A stretch of 64,000 bases of DNA, taken from contig OX597839.1 of NCBI GenBank assembly GCA_951406725.2, positions 33,046,001 through 33,110,000 on the forward strand, in the 5' to 3' direction. The notes beneath the pieces are model-generated. The model saw only the letters and a list, made by a program, of their open reading frames with translations. It did no database searches and had not been told where the DNA came from. The position numbers and the translations under genes are program-made. Each line of letters opens with the position of its first letter. Positions within the stretch are counted from its first letter, which is position 1. Positions 35,585 through 48,165 of this stretch are shown here, piece by piece. The DNA comes from Octopus vulgaris (lineage: Eukaryota).

Positions 35585-36633
35585 ATGTCAGACCCTCAGC
35601 TTACTCAAGAAATGAAGAAGTATGTAGTTATTGTGGTTATAAAGGCTGAGCATAGCAATTTTAAAATATCGCAATTTTTAAAAGTTGCCAGATCTTTCAC
35701 CTACAAAGTTTGTAAGGAGTTAGAGACTGAAGATGGAAACGTATCACCAGTATCAAAGCATGAAAACCATTCTGAATGTTCTGAAATCATTAGAACACCT
35801 GAAATTATCCAACAAGTTCAACAGACCATTGATTATAATCCCAGAAAGTCCATGAGGTCGAATTGCAAAAGATCTCCACGTGTCAGAAGGAACAGTCAGA
35901 AATGTTGTCCACGAAGACATCAGATATAAGTCTCATAAGATGAGGAAAGGTCAATTTGTCAGAAAAGCAAGAGAAAATCACTACATCAGATCTAAAAGGC
36001 TTTTAAACAAACTGAAAAATCCAGCAGAAGAAGATTTGATTTGGTTTTTTTTCAAACGAGAAAAACTTTGACCAAAATCAAAAAGTTAACAGAACAAATG
36101 ATAGATTGTTATGTGCAGACCCTTCTTAAGTTCCAAGTGTTATGCATACAAAATTTCCTGCAAATGTCATGGTATTAGGGCTTGTCAGCAATGAAGGACA
36201 TGTAATGCCTCCTTACTTCTTTCCCCAAGGTCTTAGAGTTAACTCTGCCGCCTACATTGAGGTCCTGGAAACAATTGTTAAGCCATGGATAGACAGTGTA
36301 TGCAATGGAAGGCCATATGTGTTTCAGTAAGACTCTGCACTATCACACATGGCTCTAGTAACACAGGAATGGATGGCTGAAAATTTTCATGATCACATAA
36401 CCCCTAACATTTGGCCTCCTAATTCCCCAGATCTCAATCCATTGGACTATTACATGTGGAGCATTGTTGAGAGAGAGGTCAATGAACATGCCCATAGCAC
36501 CAAAGATTCTTTGAAAGTTGCCTTAGTCAGAGTAATGTCCAAAATGAAACCAGGACCACTTGATTTGAGCATGTAGATGGTTTAGATCTTATATAGACGC
36601 ATTCATTGAAGCTGAAAGTGGATTTATTGAATA
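35585..36633 (+). pseudogene. maT (DD37D) transposase pseudogene with frameshifts and stops
   Basis: Pieces read NPRKSMR.../SEGTVRNVVHEDI.../VMVLGLVSNEG...PYVFQ*DSALSH...WPPNSPDLNPLDYYMW. I count 37 residues between the second D (DSA) and the third D (LDY). Confidence 0.9.
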
Positions 36634-36689
36634 ACATTATAGAAAAGAAGGTTTATTTTTATCCTCAAAGCATTTTTTGATAAATAAAG

Positions 36690-37250
36690 GTGCAGGAGTG
36701 GCTGTGTGGTAAGTAGCTTGCTTACCAACCACATGGTTCCGGGTTCATTCCCACTGCGTGGCACCTTGGGCAAGTGTCTTCTACTATAACCTCGGGCCGA
36801 CCAAAGCCTTGTGAGTGGATTTGATAGACAGAAACTGAAAGAAGCCCGTCGTATATATATGTATATATATTAGAAGAAATGAGGTACTCAGAAGATCGGA
36901 TGGTTTATATTTACAGATATTTATTTGTATATTACATTTTTTATATATATATTATATCAATCAGAGAATTAGCGCTTTCGCCCATTCTAGTGGGGTTTTC
37001 AAATCAAATCAAATCAAACTAAGTTTGTGTATATATATATATGTATATGTGTGTGTGTTTATTTGTCTCCCCTTCATTGCTTGACAACCGATGGTGGTGT
37101 GTTTACGTCCCTGTAACTTAGCGGTTCGGCAAAAAGAGACTGATAGAATAAGTACTAGGCTTGCAAAGAATAAGTCCCGGGGTCGAGTTGCTCGACAAAA
37201 GACGATGCTCCAGCATGGCCACATTCAAATGACTGAAACAAGTAAAAGAG
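36690..37250 (+). mobile_element. Family A SINE inserted in the maT transposon, itself interrupted at about 36870-37020
   Basis: Head at 36690 and tail at 37250, with foreign sequence inside the internal (TA)n. Confidence 0.85.
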
Positions 37251-37257
37251 TATCTAT

Positions 37258-37299
<42 letters not shown>

Positions 37300-37357
37300 T
37301 CATATAAACATAAATCTATCCTCAAATATCCTACGCACCCTGTATATACACACACAC

Positions 37358-37456
<99 letters not shown>

Positions 37457-37544
37457 TGCATATGTACGCGCCCGCGCGCACACACATACACCCGCATATG
37501 TACGAGAACAAGAAACCAGCCGCATTAGTCAGTCTCTAATTACT

Positions 37545-37843
37545 ACCCTTAAAGGCCTCCGTAGCTGTCAGCAGTTTCCGTCAACAAACATGGCGGCCGG
37601 TCTAGTGTGAGACTACAAAGCTGTCTTCTTTATGTCGGTAATTTGGTAAGATTTAGTGGCCAAGAAGTTACTTAGACGCATACAACGGCTAATATAGTCA
37701 TCGCCCTCCGACGTGAGACGATTACGTGAGGAGGAAATATCTTCTATCCAGCGAAATCGAACGGATTCGTATTACTGTATCACCAAACATTGTTACTACG
37801 GCTATCGTTTACCTTTTAATTGGCTTCTTTGGCTAAATTACAG
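37545..37843 (+). promoter_or_regulatory. Housekeeping-type promoter and non-coding first exon of a + strand gene
   Basis: CpG-rich unique island. It contains an ETS core (TTTCCG, ~37575), a YY1 motif AAACATGGCGGCC (~37586-37598) and a GACTACAA (ZNF143/Ronin-like) motif at ~37611, and ends in a consensus donor CAG|GTGAGT at 37843/37844. The ATG at 37590 opens only 6 codons. Confidence 0.65.
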
Positions 37844-38154
37844 GTGAGTAATTATTTTGCGACTCTCTTTCTCTATGCGTCCAAATGTGTGTGAGCATAT
37901 ATATATATATGTATCTGTTTATATACTCTGCTATGATTTCTCTGTCACTTTCTTTATATATATATATATATATATATATACATACATATATATATACACC
38001 TATATATATGTATGTATATAGTCTGCTGTGATTTCTCTATTCCTTCTTTTATTAAATATATATATATATATATATATAATCTTGTGTATACGTGTGTGTA
38101 TATGTACGAGGATGACTACTACACATACATGGGCAGGCACAGACAAACACGCAC

Positions 38155-38203
<49 letters not shown>

Positions 38204-38357
38204 GTGCGTACGCGCACACACGCACAAGGGGTTTATAAGATGCGACAATACCTTGAATGTGATAATGTGATTATAAACGAAGTTTGATGCACCAATAAAT
38301 TAAAAAATAAGGTTTTATGAAAATATAAATGCATTTTAATTAATACGCGCACCTTGT

Positions 38358-38380
38358 CTTTTGGCTAAGATCAACGTGTA
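38358..38380 (+). pseudogene. Short U2 snRNA 5'-region fragment
   Basis: CTTTTGGCTAAGATCAAcGTGTA versus U2 CTTTTGGCTAAGATCAAGTGTA: a 17-nt exact match plus GTGTA after a 1-nt insertion. The rest of U2 is absent. Confidence 0.5.
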
Positions 38381-38762
38381 CACACACAGACATATACACA
38401 CACATATACAGAAACACGCACACACACACTCGCACGGCTACAAATGACTTCTCACCTGGGCACGTTTGCTCAGATTTTTCTTGAAGGGGCGTGGATTTCA
38501 TGTGAATTTGTGGCGATCATATCTCACCCTAGAATGGTTACAGTGTCGTGTCTGAGTTTTATGGCCATCGTCTTAGTTGTTAACCAAAACACTTTTCTTA
38601 AACTGAATGTTGGCCAGGTGCGTCGAACGGGAAATAGAGATAAAAGGGGCCTCCATTTGCTCTATATTCTACATTCCTTTCATCTGTTAAAAGAAAAAAA
38701 TGTAACCTTACATCTGCTCGTTATTTCTAGTTTATTTGGAACTAAAACCCAAAACTTAATCC

Positions 38763-38820
<58 letters not shown>

Positions 38821-39595
38821 ATGTATGTGTACACCTGAGACATTTTAGGTTTTGCCCAGTCAACTACCGGACTGCGTGGCGATTTGATTCTGCTAATAAG
38901 GGCGAACATTCGTTCAGACACACCCTACGTTTGTTTTAAGGGCGATCCGATATTGGTCTCCATTCACCGTTTTTTGCCAGCTTAACCTCTTTATCTGTAT
39001 CGGAAGTTTTTGTAGGTGAACGATGTGTACCAATACCGAAGGGTTGACCATTAAAAAGAATAAATAGTGTGTGTGTGTGTAGTGGTGGTGGGAAAGGCAC
39101 ACACTAGATAATGTAGTTCTAGAAATACCATGACAGAAATAGACTTGCTGAATACCTTTCGTCGTAAGATATTTCACTGGCTCACGGTTAACTTGGGGGG
39201 TTTTCAACAGAATACCATGTCTCTTTGATCTGCACAGATTTACACTTCACATAATTTCGTACTCAGATACACGCCTTGACTTCCACACCGTCGACGGTTC
39301 ACAGTTTATCATTTTTTCTCTTTTATTGTCATATACGACATTTACTATTCTTATGTATTTTTCTCTTAATTAAACAGAACAACTTGCAAAATAGCACGAT
39401 TGTCCCAGGTATTTCAATGAGCAGCGATGTGAGGAAAGTGTGTGAGAAAATCTTTTCTAAGGTCTTCATACTATTTCACCTGTCAGCCCTCTCTCTGTCT
39501 CGCCTGCTTTAATATCGTGGAAGACAAAAATAACCGAGATTATTTTTAACACACCATATGTGTATACGTGTATATATACATACATTCATTCATAC

Positions 39596-39645
<50 letters not shown>

Positions 39646-40199
39646 ACAGACTGGATAAACAAGAATTACTCCGTACTATCACTTTACTTGTTTCGGTCGT
39701 TAGACTGCGGCCATGCTGGGGCACCGCCGTGAAGAATTTTCAGTCGACTGAATCGATCCCAGGACATACCTGTTTTCTTCTTTTAAGCCCGGTACTTATT
39801 TTGTCGGTCTCTTTTGCCGAACTGCTATGTTACGGGTAGACAGCAACACTGGTTGTCAAGCGATGGTGAGGGATAAACGAAAACCACAAAGACGTACACA
39901 TGTGTATATATGATGGGCTTCTTTCAGTTTCCGTCTACCAAATCCACTGACAAGGCATTGGTCGACCGGAGGCAAATGAAGAAGACACGTGCCCAAGGTG
40001 CCACGCAGTGGAACTGAACCCAGGACCATGTGGTTGGGAAGCAAGCTCTTCTTACCACACAACTGCACTTGCACCTGTACTATACACGAAAAATCTCAGT
40101 CTTCGAGTTACTCTGTAACTTCTAATTAATAATAATAATAATAATAGCTGCTCCCTGCACCAGTTCCACATAGCCCCAGCCCATTCAAGTACCTTGGAT

Positions 40200-40848
40200 T
40201 TCAGAACAACCCGCTGTGCTTGAGGAGACCTATTGAGTCAAGTACATGAACATTGAAATATATATCAATGGAAATAGTAGTTGTGATACCTGTGCCGGTG
40301 GCACATAAAAAGCACCATCCAAACGTGGCCGATGCCAGCGCTGCCTCAACTGGTTTCCGTGCTGGTGGCACGTAAAAATCACCATCCGAACGTGGCCGAT
40401 GCCAGCGCTGCCTTGACTGGTTTCTGTGCTGGTGGCACGTAAAAAGCACCATCCGAACGTGGCTTCCGTGCTGGTGGCACGTAAAAAGCACCAACCAATC
40501 GTGGCCGCTGCCAGACTCCCCTGGCACCTGTGCTGGTGGCACGTAAAAAGCACCATCCGAACATGGCCGATGCCAGCACTGCCTTGACTGGCTTCTGTGC
40601 CGGTGGCACGTAAAAAGCACCAACCAATCGTGGCCTCTGCCAGACTCCCCTGGCACCTGTGCCGGTGGCACGTAAAAAGCACCCACTACACTCGCAGAGT
40701 GGTTGGCGTTAGGAAGGGCATCCAGCTGTAGAAACACTGCCAGATCAGACTGGAGCCTGGTGCAGCCTCCTGGCTTCCCAGACCCCGGTCGAACCATCCA
40801 ACTCATGCTAGCATGGAAAACGGACGTTAAACGATGATGATGATGATG
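40200..40848 (+). mobile_element. Family B (RTE 3' UTR) copy with seven minisatellite units
   Basis: Seven GGTGGCAC(G/A)TAAAAA units between about 40290 and 40683, then the conserved terminus and (GAT)n. Confidence 0.8.
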
Positions 40849-41295
40849 TTTCCAATTTCGGCAGGAGGTTAGCAGTTCTGAGGGGAGGGGCATGTCAACT
40901 GTATTGACCTCACGATTTAACTGGTTCTTATTTCACGAACCCTGAAGCGATGAAAGGCTGAGTTGACCTCGGTGGTATTTCAACTCAACGTGTCAGAACT
41001 GGAAGAAATGTCGTTTGGCATTTCATCCGATATCCTAATGATTTTGCTCGTTAGCCGTCTTCAATTAGAATTATGATGGGGATGGTTGTTTCAAACTTTG
41101 GCAATGAGGTTAGCAATTTGAGTGGAGGTGTTAGTCGATTACATTGACCTTAGTATACAACTGGTACTTATTTTATTGACCCCGGAAAGGATGAAAGGCA
41201 AAGTTGACCTGGGCAGAATTTCAACTCAGAATGTAAAGAGCTGTCAAAAAGCTTTTTTCTCCGATGTGTGAATATTTCTGCCAGCACACTGCCTT

Positions 41296-41307
41296 AATAA
41301 TAATAAT

Positions 41308-41358
<51 letters not shown>

Positions 41359-41466
41359 AATAACAACAATAATACCAACAACAACAATAATAACAACAAC
41401 AATACCAACAACAAAAATAATAACAATACCAACAACAACAATAATAACAACAACAACAACAATAAT
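41296..41466. repeat. (AAC)n/(AAT)n microsatellite
   Basis: Directly visible. Confidence 0.95.
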
Positions 41467-42682
41467 CCTTTCTACTGGAAGCACAAGGCCCCAAATTTAG
41501 AGGAAGGGATTAAGTCGATTACATCTACTCCAGTGTATAACTGGTATTTAATTTATTGACCCTGAAAGGATGAAAGGCAAAGTCGACATTGGTGGAATTT
41601 GAACTCAGAACGTAAAGACAGACGAAATACCGCTAAGCATTTCAATCGGCATGCTAACGATTCTGCCAGCTCAACACAACAATAATAATAATAATAATAA
41701 TAAATGCCCTGATGCAGTACCAATGCCCTGATGCAGTATAAATGCCCTGATGCAGTACCAGGCAGTGGCTCTCATGGCTTCTGATCTTAACTGATTGCAA
41801 GTGTTATCATGTACATTGTTTTGTCTTGGTATAAAAGATGGACTACAACAAATATTCTGCTCAATACCACAGATTTGCTTGTCAGTTGTTTGACCATAAC
41901 CAATTGACCATGTCCCTTAGTGGCTGGCGATATGTGCATCTCTGATCACAAGCAGAAGTAGTGGGGGAGCATCATAGCCATGTGTTGAGAGGGATTCTTT
42001 GGGGTTTGAATAATTCACCTCTGGAAACATGGGTGGTTCTTTCAACATCCTTAAACAACCCTTATTCAGGGACCTTTTGAGTGGGATGGGCTACTTGATC
42101 TGAAGAAAATTCTAACTGGGCCCCACCTGCAAGGTCATGTGCTGTTTATCTTGATATGAGATCACCATGTCATGCACATATGGTTGTGATGCATGTACCT
42201 GGTGTATCAGATGGGTTGTCATTATGGGTATACTGGGCTTTGTATATTTTACCCCAGTGTCACTTTGATATATATATATATATATGACGGGCTTCTTTCA
42301 GTTTCTATCTGTCACATCCACTCATAAGGTTTTGGTTGGCCCAAGGCTATAGTAGAAGACACTTGTCCAAGGTACCATGCAGTGGAACTGAACTCTGAAC
42401 CATGTAGGTGGGAAGCAAGCTTCTTACCACCCAGCCACTCCTGCACCTATATATATGTGTGTGTGTGTATTCTTCCTCTTAGTATAGTTTATTAGTGTGT
42501 GTGTGTGTGTGTATTTTACATGAGCTCAAACAAAGAACTGAGTTCTGTGACTACAGCATTTGTTGTTGTTGTTGTTGGTTTCCTATAAAGCCATGTTGAA
42601 GATCCTTTCATGTGCTGCCAGGGAGAATATGGCCTTTCACATTATATTGCCAACATCTTTGGATTTTTTATTCTTTTTATTC

Positions 42683-42876
42683 TTTTACTTGTTTCAGTCA
42701 TTTGACTGCGGCCATGCTGGAGCACCGCCTTTAGTCGAGCAAATCGACCCCGGGACTTATTCTTTGTAGGTCCAGTACTTATTCTATTGGTCTCTTTTGC
42801 CGAACCGCTAAGTGACGGGGACGTAAACACACCAGCATCGGTTGTCAAGCAATGCCAGGGGGACGAACACAGACAT

Positions 42877-42911
<35 letters not shown>

Positions 42912-43082
42912 CATATATACGACAGGCTTCTTTCAGTTTCCGTCTACCAAATCCACTCACAAGGCATTGGTCGGCCCGGAGCTATAGCAGAAGACACTTG
43001 CCCAAGATGCCACGCAGTGGGACTGAACCCGGAACCATGTGGCTGGTTAGCAAGCTACTTACCACACAGCCACTCCTGCGCC
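42683..43082 (-). mobile_element. Family A SINE, full length
   Basis: Near-identical to 10842-11235 in reverse orientation. Confidence 0.9.
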
Positions 43083-43470
43083 TGACAATAAATCTCCATT
43101 TATAACAACTGAACTTTGTGTAGAAACTCCACTGGAAAAAATGGCGCTTCAGCAAGGTTGCATTTTCTGACATTTGGCATGGACAGACTTCTTAAGAGAT
43201 CCTGGAAATGTCTACTTCCTGCCGATGTTAATGTTAAAACTCCATGTTCATTAGAGCATGACTGTTTAGTCTTCCTTGACCTGTAAAAATGTCTTTGTCA
43301 GTTTTCTTGGTTGTTTTTGGCTTTGGAATTGACCGCTTAAGCAGTGCAGCTTCTTCTTATTCAAGCGCAAAACAAACTCCATGTTTAGGAAACAAGGAAC
43401 TGCCTGTTTTCAGATGGCTGAAACAGAAGCGCCGCAGGAATTTATTTATGGACAACGTGTATGTGTGTGT

Positions 43471-43850
43471 GGAAGCGCAATGGCCCAGTGGTTAGGGCAG
43501 CAGACTCGCGGTCATAGGATCGCAGTTTCGATTCCCAGACCGGGCGTTGTGAGTGTTTATTGAGCGAAAACACCTAAAAGCTCCACGAGGCTCCGGCAGG
43601 GGGTGGTGGTGATCCCTGCTGTACTCTTTCACCACAACTTTCTCTCACTCTTACTTCCTGTTTCTGTTGAACCTGTATTTCAAAGGGCCGGCCTTGTCAC
43701 TCTCTGTGTCACGCTGAATATCCCCGATAACTACGTTAAGGGTACACGTGTCTGTGGAGTGCTCAGCCACTTACACGTTAATTTCACGAGCAGGCTGTTC
43801 TGTTGATTTGGATCAACCGGAACCCTTGTCTTCATAACCGACGGAGTGCT
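43471..43850 (+). mobile_element. tRNA-derived SINE ('family D')
   Basis: Head GGAAGCGCAATGGCCCAGTGGTTAGGGCAGCAGACTCGCGGTC...GTTTCGATTCCC. The body segment GTTAAGGGTACACGTGTCTGTGGAGTGCTCAGCCACTT is shared with about 10420-10540, 22630-22810, 43960-44105 and 63900-64000. Confidence 0.75.
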
Positions 43851-44244
43851 TCTACTGTATGTGTGTGTTTGTCCCCGTTGGCTCCCGATCGCATGGTTGG
43901 ACATGAATTTGATACCAGGCTGCATTTTGTGTTCTTCAGCAAGACCCTCTATTTCATGTTGCTCCAGTCCAGGCAAAAATGAGTTGTACCTTTTAATTCA
44001 AAAGGGGCCAGCTTTATCACATTCAGTGTGTCACGCTGTATCACCCCAAGAACAACATTAAGGGTACGTGTGTCTGTGGAGTGCTCAGCCACTTGCGTGT
44101 TAATTTCCTGGTTGTGGGTTCAGTCCCACTGCATAGCACATTGGGCAAGTGCTTTCTACTATAGCCTCGGGCTGACCAAAGCCTTGTGAGTGGATTTGGT
44201 AGATGGAAATTGAAAGAAGCCCATCGTATATATATATATGTATG

Positions 44245-44275
<31 letters not shown>

Positions 44276-44939
44276 GTATGTATAGTAATTAGCTTGCTTA
44301 CCAACCACATGGTTCCAGGTTCAGTCCTATTGCGTGGCATCTTGGACAAGTGTTTTCTACTATAGCCTCAGGCCGACCAAAGCCTTGTGAGTGGATTTGG
44401 TGGATGGAAACTGAAAGAAGCCCATCGTATATATATATGGGGGTGAGTGTGTCAGTTTGTCACCCTCCCATCACCGCTTGACAACTAGTGTTGGTGTGTT
44501 TGTTGCATCCCTGTAACTTAGCGGTTCGGCAAAAGAGACCGATAGAATAAGTGCCAGGCTTTGAAAAAAATGTGAATACTGGGGTCGATTCATTCAGCTA
44601 ATAATTCAAGGCGGTGCTCCAGCATGGCAGCAGTCAAATGACTGAAACAAGTAAAAGAATATAAACAGAAGCCGTAACCAAGACAATGAAAGTTCAAATC
44701 TCTCATCCGACGTCATTAGCCTCTCCAGTGCAGGGATCGGTTTGTGAATAAACATACAACTTTCCAGGGAAAGTCAATATTGAAGATATTGATTTTCTTC
44801 TGTAGAGTTGCGTGTTTAGCGTTTGATTGGGATATGGCTTGGTGAATACATAAATGTTCCATTAAGTGGAAGAAGGATTTCCAAAATATTTAAATTGCAA
44901 AAAAGTTCCAGCACATGAGTACTTCAGAAGATTCGTTAA

Positions 44940-45159
44940 CCCTTTAGCATTTAAACCGATCATATCCGGCCAAAAGTATTCTGCCTGTTTTATGTGTGTA
45001 TGGCCATATCTGGTCTCTCACACCAACCCTACAATATCGTTTTAAAAATCAACAGCTACCTCATCAAATTTTCATAGTTACAAGATAATGCATGATTAGT
45101 TCAAAACAAAGTGGATGAAAAAGCATTAACTTTGGCAGAATAATGCGAACACCAAAGGG
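44940..45159. mobile_element. piggyBac-type MITE
   Basis: TTAA|CCCTTT...AAAGGG|TTAA. A related partial copy in reverse orientation lies at about 78-225. Confidence 0.8.
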
Positions 45160-45350
45160 TTAAAGCAGCGTTTCTTAAACTATGGGTCGCGAAACGAAAT
45201 GCTGGGGTTTTGAAAATTTAATTCAAAGACTTGGATTTCGGTTTTTAGTTTCTTTTCACTAACGCACCAATCCTAAAACTACTTTTTTAATATGTATATT
45301 GTTCAGCAAAAAATATAAGTGATTTATGTATTTATTTGTATGTTTTACGT

Positions 45351-45539
45351 AGATGTACTTGCTTAGCAAGTGACCTGATCTGAGATCGTGTGCTGGAACG
45401 AAAACACTTGCAGCGTGGAAGGTGCTTATAAGCCATTTAAGAAACATACGAAAACCGTTAGATTCACTTCAACATTTAAATTTAATTTACCAAAATATTT
45501 TTGTTGCTTTGAGACCATGACCTGTTCACTGACAAAATT
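45351..45539. repeat. Second, non-palindromic copy of the repeat at 35286-35551
   Basis: Shares gatctgagatcgtgtgctggaacgaaaac...tgcagcgtggaaggtg...taagccatttaagaaac...attcacttcaacattta. Confidence 0.75.
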
Positions 45540-45749
45540 AGTATGATGATACACACACAACACACACGTCCTCAGTATGCTGCATTTGGTGGTGAGACTC
45601 CAGTCCTGGAGTTGTGGAGGGCATAGAGTGACTCCTTTATTACCATTACTCCCAGGTCTATGCTGACCTTGAATGGTAGTGCCTTTTAGGGCCCCGTCTA
45701 TGGTAAAGGAGGCTCCTGTTATCTTTGACATGAACTGTAGGGGATGGCT

Positions 45750-46240
45750 GTTCTTTTAGGAGACGCATACTCTGACATAAAACTTGCAGATGGAAAGGAG
45801 AGTCAGAAGATGGAAAGGATAGACAGGAAAGGAAAACTGGGAAGAACAAACAGGTGATGTCATCGTGTAACGAAGGCAGGATGACATTACTATGGAAACC
45901 AATTGGATAACGATTCTTCCGTCCGTTGGCATTATGACAGAAGCCCAGTGAAAGCAGACCTGATTGGCACAAGATAATAATGGCAAGAACAATCAAGTAG
46001 GGTTAATTTTGTGAGATGAATGTTGCATCTGTTGATTAAAAAGAAAGAATAACTGTTTTGGCAAAGAAGTTTGCTTCATGGCCTTATGGTTCTGAAGCTT
46101 CTGTTGGCACTTCTCAGAATACCATCAGCCACAAATGGTGGTGATGTTGTCATTTGCTTTGTCAAGGCATTGTATAATGGCTTTGCACTGTCCAAGATGT
46201 GTGGAACAAGATATTCTTTGCATGGGAAACAGGCAAGGGT
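45750..46240 (-). mobile_element. Possible highly decayed Ty3/gypsy pol (RT-RNase H junction) relic
   Basis: Minus-strand peptides PHILDSAKPLYNAL and YPIGFHS resemble gypsy AKPLxxLL and PIAFxS motifs. The reading frame has many disruptions. Confidence 0.35.
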
Positions 46241-46329
46241 TGCCGAACCACTATGTGACAGGGACGTAAACACACCAGCATCAGTTGTCAAACAATGCTA
46301 GGGGGACAAACACAGACACACAAACATAT

Positions 46330-46373
<44 letters not shown>

Positions 46374-47741
46374 GACAGGCTTCTTTCAGTTTCCGTCTAC
46401 CAAATCCACTCACAAGGCATTGGTTGGCCCGGGGCTATAGCAAGATGCCATGCCACGCAGTGGGACTGAACCCGGAACCATGTGGCTGGTAAGCAAGCTA
46501 CTTACCACACAGCCAAGTATATATATATATATATATATGATGCTCTGAAATTGTTTTGAATTTGGTGCAAGCCTGTTCAATGCTTAATGGAGATGGCTAG
46601 GATTTTTAACCCTTGGTGTTTAGTGGGACCTGCTGAAGAGAATTAAGGAATAACCCAAAATTCGAAATCATTAGGGTGTTAAGAGCACCATCTGAGCATG
46701 ATTGTTGCCAGAGCAGCTAACTGGCCTCTGTGCCGGTGGCACGTAAAAGGCACCATTTGAGTGTGATCACTACCAGCATTGCCTTACTGGCACCTGTGCC
46801 AGTGGCATGTGTGAAACATTCGAGCGAGGTCATTGCCAGTACCGCCCGACTGACCCCGTGCCAGTGGCACGTAAAAAGCACCCACTACACTCTCGGAGTG
46901 GTTGGCATTAGGAAGGGCATCCAGCTGTAGAAACTCTGCCAGATCAAGATTGAAGCCTGATTGAAGGTGGTGCTCCAGCATGGCCACAGCCCAATGACTT
47001 TATCAAGCAAAAGACAAGATAATCAAAAAAATTAAAAAGGGAAATGAAGTTGACAGTAATTTGCATGTAAGATGGAATAATTAGAGTCTGTGTTTGTTCA
47101 TTTGCTGTGTCATTAACGAGACAGTATTGAAGTAGGAGGCTGTCAAGTGATGAATACAGATTGTGTAAATGAGGAGGACAGTGGTGGAGGGAAGAGGCAA
47201 GCGTTTCTACTTTCACTTTCGTTCTCATAATACTTTCTTTGTATTAGCTTGGATTAATTATGATACACACACACATGGGATTATGTAATGTCTTTTATTT
47301 GTTTTTTAATCTTGTTACTTGTTTCAGTCATGGGACTGTGGCCATGCTGGAGCATTGCTTTAAAGGGGTTTTTAGTCACACATGTCAACGCCAGAACTCA
47401 TGTCTTTTTTTTTGTTTTTGATTTTAAAGTTTGGTATTTATTCTATTGGTCTCTTTGGCCCAACTGCTAAGTCATGAGGACGTAAACAAACCAACACTGG
47501 TTGTCGACCTGTGGTGATGGTGCTAAACACGGACACAAAGACACGGCTGTGCATTGAGTAAGCTGATGATGTGTAACTGTCATTGGATCGTTGAAATTTA
47601 TAATCTTGAATGGAAGTTTACAGGCTTGTACCATTTAATACGCACATACAAATACACACATACATCCATATACATACATGTACATACACATATACACACA
47701 TACACACAACTGCTTTGAGACCTTTAGTTTTTATATCCAGA

Positions 47742-47909
47742 GGCGAAGGAGTGGCTGTCTGGTAAGTTGCTTGCTTACCAACCACATGGTTCCGGGTTCA
47801 GTCCCACTGTGTGGCACCTTGGGCAAGTGTCTTCTACTATAGCCTCGGGCCGACCAAAGCCTTGTGAGTGGATTTGGTAGATGGAAACTGAAAGAAGCCC
47901 GTCATATGT

Positions 47910-47961
<52 letters not shown>

Positions 47962-48165
47962 CTGTGTTTGTCCCCCTCCCCCAACATCGCTTGACAACTG
48001 ATGCTGGTGGGTTTATGTCCCTGTAACTTAACGGTTTGGTAAAAGAGACCGATAAAACAAGTACTAGGCTTACAAAGAATAAGTCCTGGGGTCGATTTGC
48101 TCGACTAAAGGCAGTGCTCCAGGATGGCCACAGTCAAATGACTGAAACAAGTAAAAGAGTAAAGA
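47742..48165 (+). mobile_element. Family A SINE
   Basis: Same structure. Confidence 0.85.

Larger units (their letters stand above)
35213..37342 (+). mobile_element. Decayed Tc1/mariner DNA transposon, DD37D (maT) family, with nested insertions
   Basis: The left end TA|CAGGGTGCATAAGGTAATTGAGGAC matches the right end (reverse complement TA|CAGGGTGCGTAGGATATTTGAGGAT), with a TA TSD. A fragmented transposase lies inside. Confidence 0.9.

Noticed and set aside
40280-40700. CRISPR array
   Set aside because: Eukaryotic context with no cas genes. The spacers recur within and between loci, and the array is embedded in a LINE 3' UTR.
43471-43550. tRNA gene
   Set aside because: No proper acceptor stem, and it continues into a SINE body; it is a SINE head. 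The same applies to 3456-3525.
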